Below, in pieces: positions 61,359-64,000 of a stretch of DNA of 64,000 bases. Positions within the stretch are counted from its first letter, which is position 1. Each line of letters opens with the position of its first letter. The notes beneath the pieces were generated by a model that saw nothing but the letters and a program-made list of their open reading frames with translations, made no database searches and was not told the DNA's origin. This stretch comes from Tubiluchus corallicola (lineage: Eukaryota > Animalia > Priapulida). Position numbers and translations under genes: made by a program. The stretch is from the NCBI GenBank assembly GCA_030141605.1, contig JAQGDQ010000316.1, positions 186,001-250,000 on the forward strand, in the 5' to 3' direction.

Positions 61359-62686
61359 TGCCTGGACAACACTGATCAGAAAAGAAATGAAATACATTGT
61401 ACTATGACTTTGGACAACGTTGTCAACATTTTGTGATTTTTTGTTGTTTTTTAGGAAAAATCTCATCTAGTTTCATGTGTGTTTTTGCAGCGTTTATTCG
61501 TTTCGTTTGATTGCGGCTTTGGCTCAATCAGCAAATAGCGTGCAATCATATGCTACGTCTGTTTTGCTGCTGATTGAATTCAGACCTCGCGAGACAAAAT
61601 TTCGGATTACGCTCAAATCAGAATCTGAATGAGGGAGAGACGACAAATACCGCCGTTTGCTTTAATTGCTGTAATGAATACGTTTATAAAACCTGTTCAC
61701 GTTTGAAGACAGTTGATCAGAGTTTTCCTTTGTTTGGATTACTTGCGAAATTCACCGATGAAATTAAAACAGAAGAGCCAAAAGTGATTAAATGTTTAGC
61801 TTCCAGAAATTCTTTAGGTAACAGTGGGCGAGCGGGTAACAGATTCAAAGCAAAACCGCCACGCTAGCGTATTAGTTCATGATAAACGTACCTGCTTACA
61901 AACAAAACGGTACTTAACATGATTGTTTCTACATATATAATGCACAAAAGGGAAGTAAAGATGACATAAGGGACATAAGATGACAGTAGGAAAGGCTCTT
62001 TTGGCACATAGGAATATCTTATTTTAAGTAGGTGAAGGAAAAATATTGAGTCAAGTATGCGGAGTTATTTGAGTGAATTACCGATAGTTTTTATGTATGT
62101 ATTTGAATAGAAGCGGCCCGTTCCAGGTGTTTCTGAGTCAATTAAGCGATTGAGTCAATTAACCGTGAGTCTATTAAGCGGCGCCTACTGTAGTTGCAAA
62201 ACATTAAACATTTCAAAGATCTGTCTGGGACAGAGAAACAAGTCAAGTTACTCAGATTGGTTTTTGAAGATGCATTTGATAGCAATTATCAATTTCCCAG
62301 CGTCCCTGCTATGCCACGTAAATTATTTTTTCATTGCAAAAGAAAAAAACTTGTTCTGTTTGTAAACAAAAATTTATTCTTTAAAGATTTAAATTAAAGA
62401 AGGCATAACTATATTTATAATTAGTTCAAACTGCTAAATAATTAAAATAACAAATCATGAATTAAGTTCAAAACTGTGCCACTAATTAAGAATAAATTAT
62501 AAAAGAAAAGACGACAGCAATCGTTCTAAAATATCTTCAAATTTTTATAAAGTTACATGTTACAGGAATAAACGAAAAAATGCAGTAATGACATAAAGTA
62601 ATAACAATGTGTGTGTGTGTGGGGTGTGTGTGTGTGTGTGTCTGTGTGTGTGTGCGTGCGTGCGTGCGTGCGTGTGTTTTAGAATG

Positions 62687-63084
62687 AGTAAAATAGTTTG
62701 ATTAAAGTTTATTTATTCTTGTGGTTAAAGCTGCTTGCTGATTATTGTTGTTTATTGCGTGGCTTGTGACGTAGCCACGATGGGCATGGCAAACTATCAA
62801 GACTTTATTTAATAAACTACACATTTATTAAATATCAAACACAGCACAGTAAATATAAGAGGATCGTAATGCATCTCGGGGGAGATTAGGAACTGACTTG
62901 AAGACGGAGGGCTGGCATTACTATCCTCTTATATTTACCGTGTTGATGTTTAATAAATGTGTAGTCTATTAAATAAAGTCTTGATAGTTTGCCATGCTCA
63001 TCGTGGTTACGTCACACGGCACGCAATAAACAACAATAATCAGCAAGCAGCTTTAACCACAAACATGAATCAAACTATTTTACT
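62687..63084. mobile_element. Foldback MITE with ~185-bp inverted arms and 5-bp TSD
   Basis: gaatg|AGTAAAATAGTTTGATT...AATCAAACTATTTTACT|gaatg. Arms pair up to about 62872/62916, around a ~40-bp loop. Confidence 0.88.
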
Positions 63085-64000
63085 GAATGTTCTGTACATA
63101 ACTCAGGCTTACTGAACTTTCGCATCACAGTGTATATATCATTAAGAAAACGGTCTTGGAATCACTGAGAGTCTAAGATCGTTATACCGTCCACTTTCTT
63201 TTGCGATCACACACACACACAAGATTGATCAGTAAAAACGGCTGCTACTTCTTCACACGTCGAGTTGTCCTCGAGTTGACGCAAACAAGCAACATGTACC
63301 TAAATGAACTGGGGAAATGAAAACTTAAATCATGTGTATTGCATCAAAAATGAAAAACTAAATCTCTGCGCTAACTTACTTTGTAAATGACCCTTTTATT
63401 TTACGATCTTGCTGCTAAATTAGAATAAAATAGAGCTTAAATATGTGTAGTTTTTGAGATTATTGCTTGTAACTCTTTGTGGACTTAAATTTTGAATTGG
63501 AAATTTATAATTTAGCATATTAATCTAACTGCATTTTTATATTACTAGACAGGAAACTTGCTTCATTAACAACCATTAGCCATCACTTTAATACTTCTTG
63601 TTTAACATCACTGTAAATGTTATACGCACAAATTAACAAAAACTAATTACTGATTGCGGGACATTTAATTTTGTAGAATTCGCTCTGCCTATGTAAAATT
63701 GTATAATGTCTGTAAAGAAATGTTTGCCTGGAAAAAGAGGGTAAAGACTTATCATCCTCATCATCAGTATTTCATCAGCATCATATCGGAAAACCCAACA
63801 TCATCCTCCAGGTTTTTACTGTCGATGTCCCCTCGTTTTATTTTTGTTTGAGCCCAAACTCCTCCAGTTGAATTCGCTCCAGTTGTTCACTGACTCAAAA
63901 TGAGTAACCGCACAGATGAATTTTTCTATTAGTTCCTTCTCTGCAGCTCGTTTTGGGTTAGCTAGAATCCAAGGAGTGCACACTAGACAGGTTAGGTAAG

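Noticed and set aside
62100-62192. Tc1/pogo-like right end (ttaagcggcgcctactg|ta)
   Set aside because: The matching left TIR was not located, so an element could not be delimited.

Overview
AT-rich, repeat-dense animal (probably marine invertebrate) genomic DNA. It contains no prokaryotic-type features. Three host genes were reconstructed by hand on the + strand from GT-AG splice sites and reading phase. (1) The 3' part of a single-pass Ig-superfamily gene with two Fasciclin-III-type Ig exons, a TM exon and a short tail (4382-9732). (2) A complete, divergent annexin with 8 coding exons, about 322 aa (13479-30826). (3) The terminal exon (ECL3-TM7-C-tail) of an alpha-1-adrenergic-like aminergic GPCR (59763-60454), whose TM1-6 exon I could not find in the window. 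Mobile DNA includes a Gmr1-type Gypsy element (INT-RT-RH order) with PPT and 3' LTR (1-4327), a 5'-truncated but otherwise intact Rep/Helicase Helitron (35288-43070, - strand), non-autonomous Helitrons, a pogo derivative with a nested hAT MITE, several MITEs, solo LTRs, LINE remnants, a tRNA-SINE and many mini/microsatellites. The most unusual item is inside the Helitron, between the RepHel stop and the 3' terminus: an array of about 9-10 diverged ~200-nt units. Each unit is a long imperfect fold-back with conserved G-U-compatible pairs on the RepHel sense strand, which suggests a Helitron-borne structured-RNA array. All alignments and folds were done by eye and need computational confirmation.
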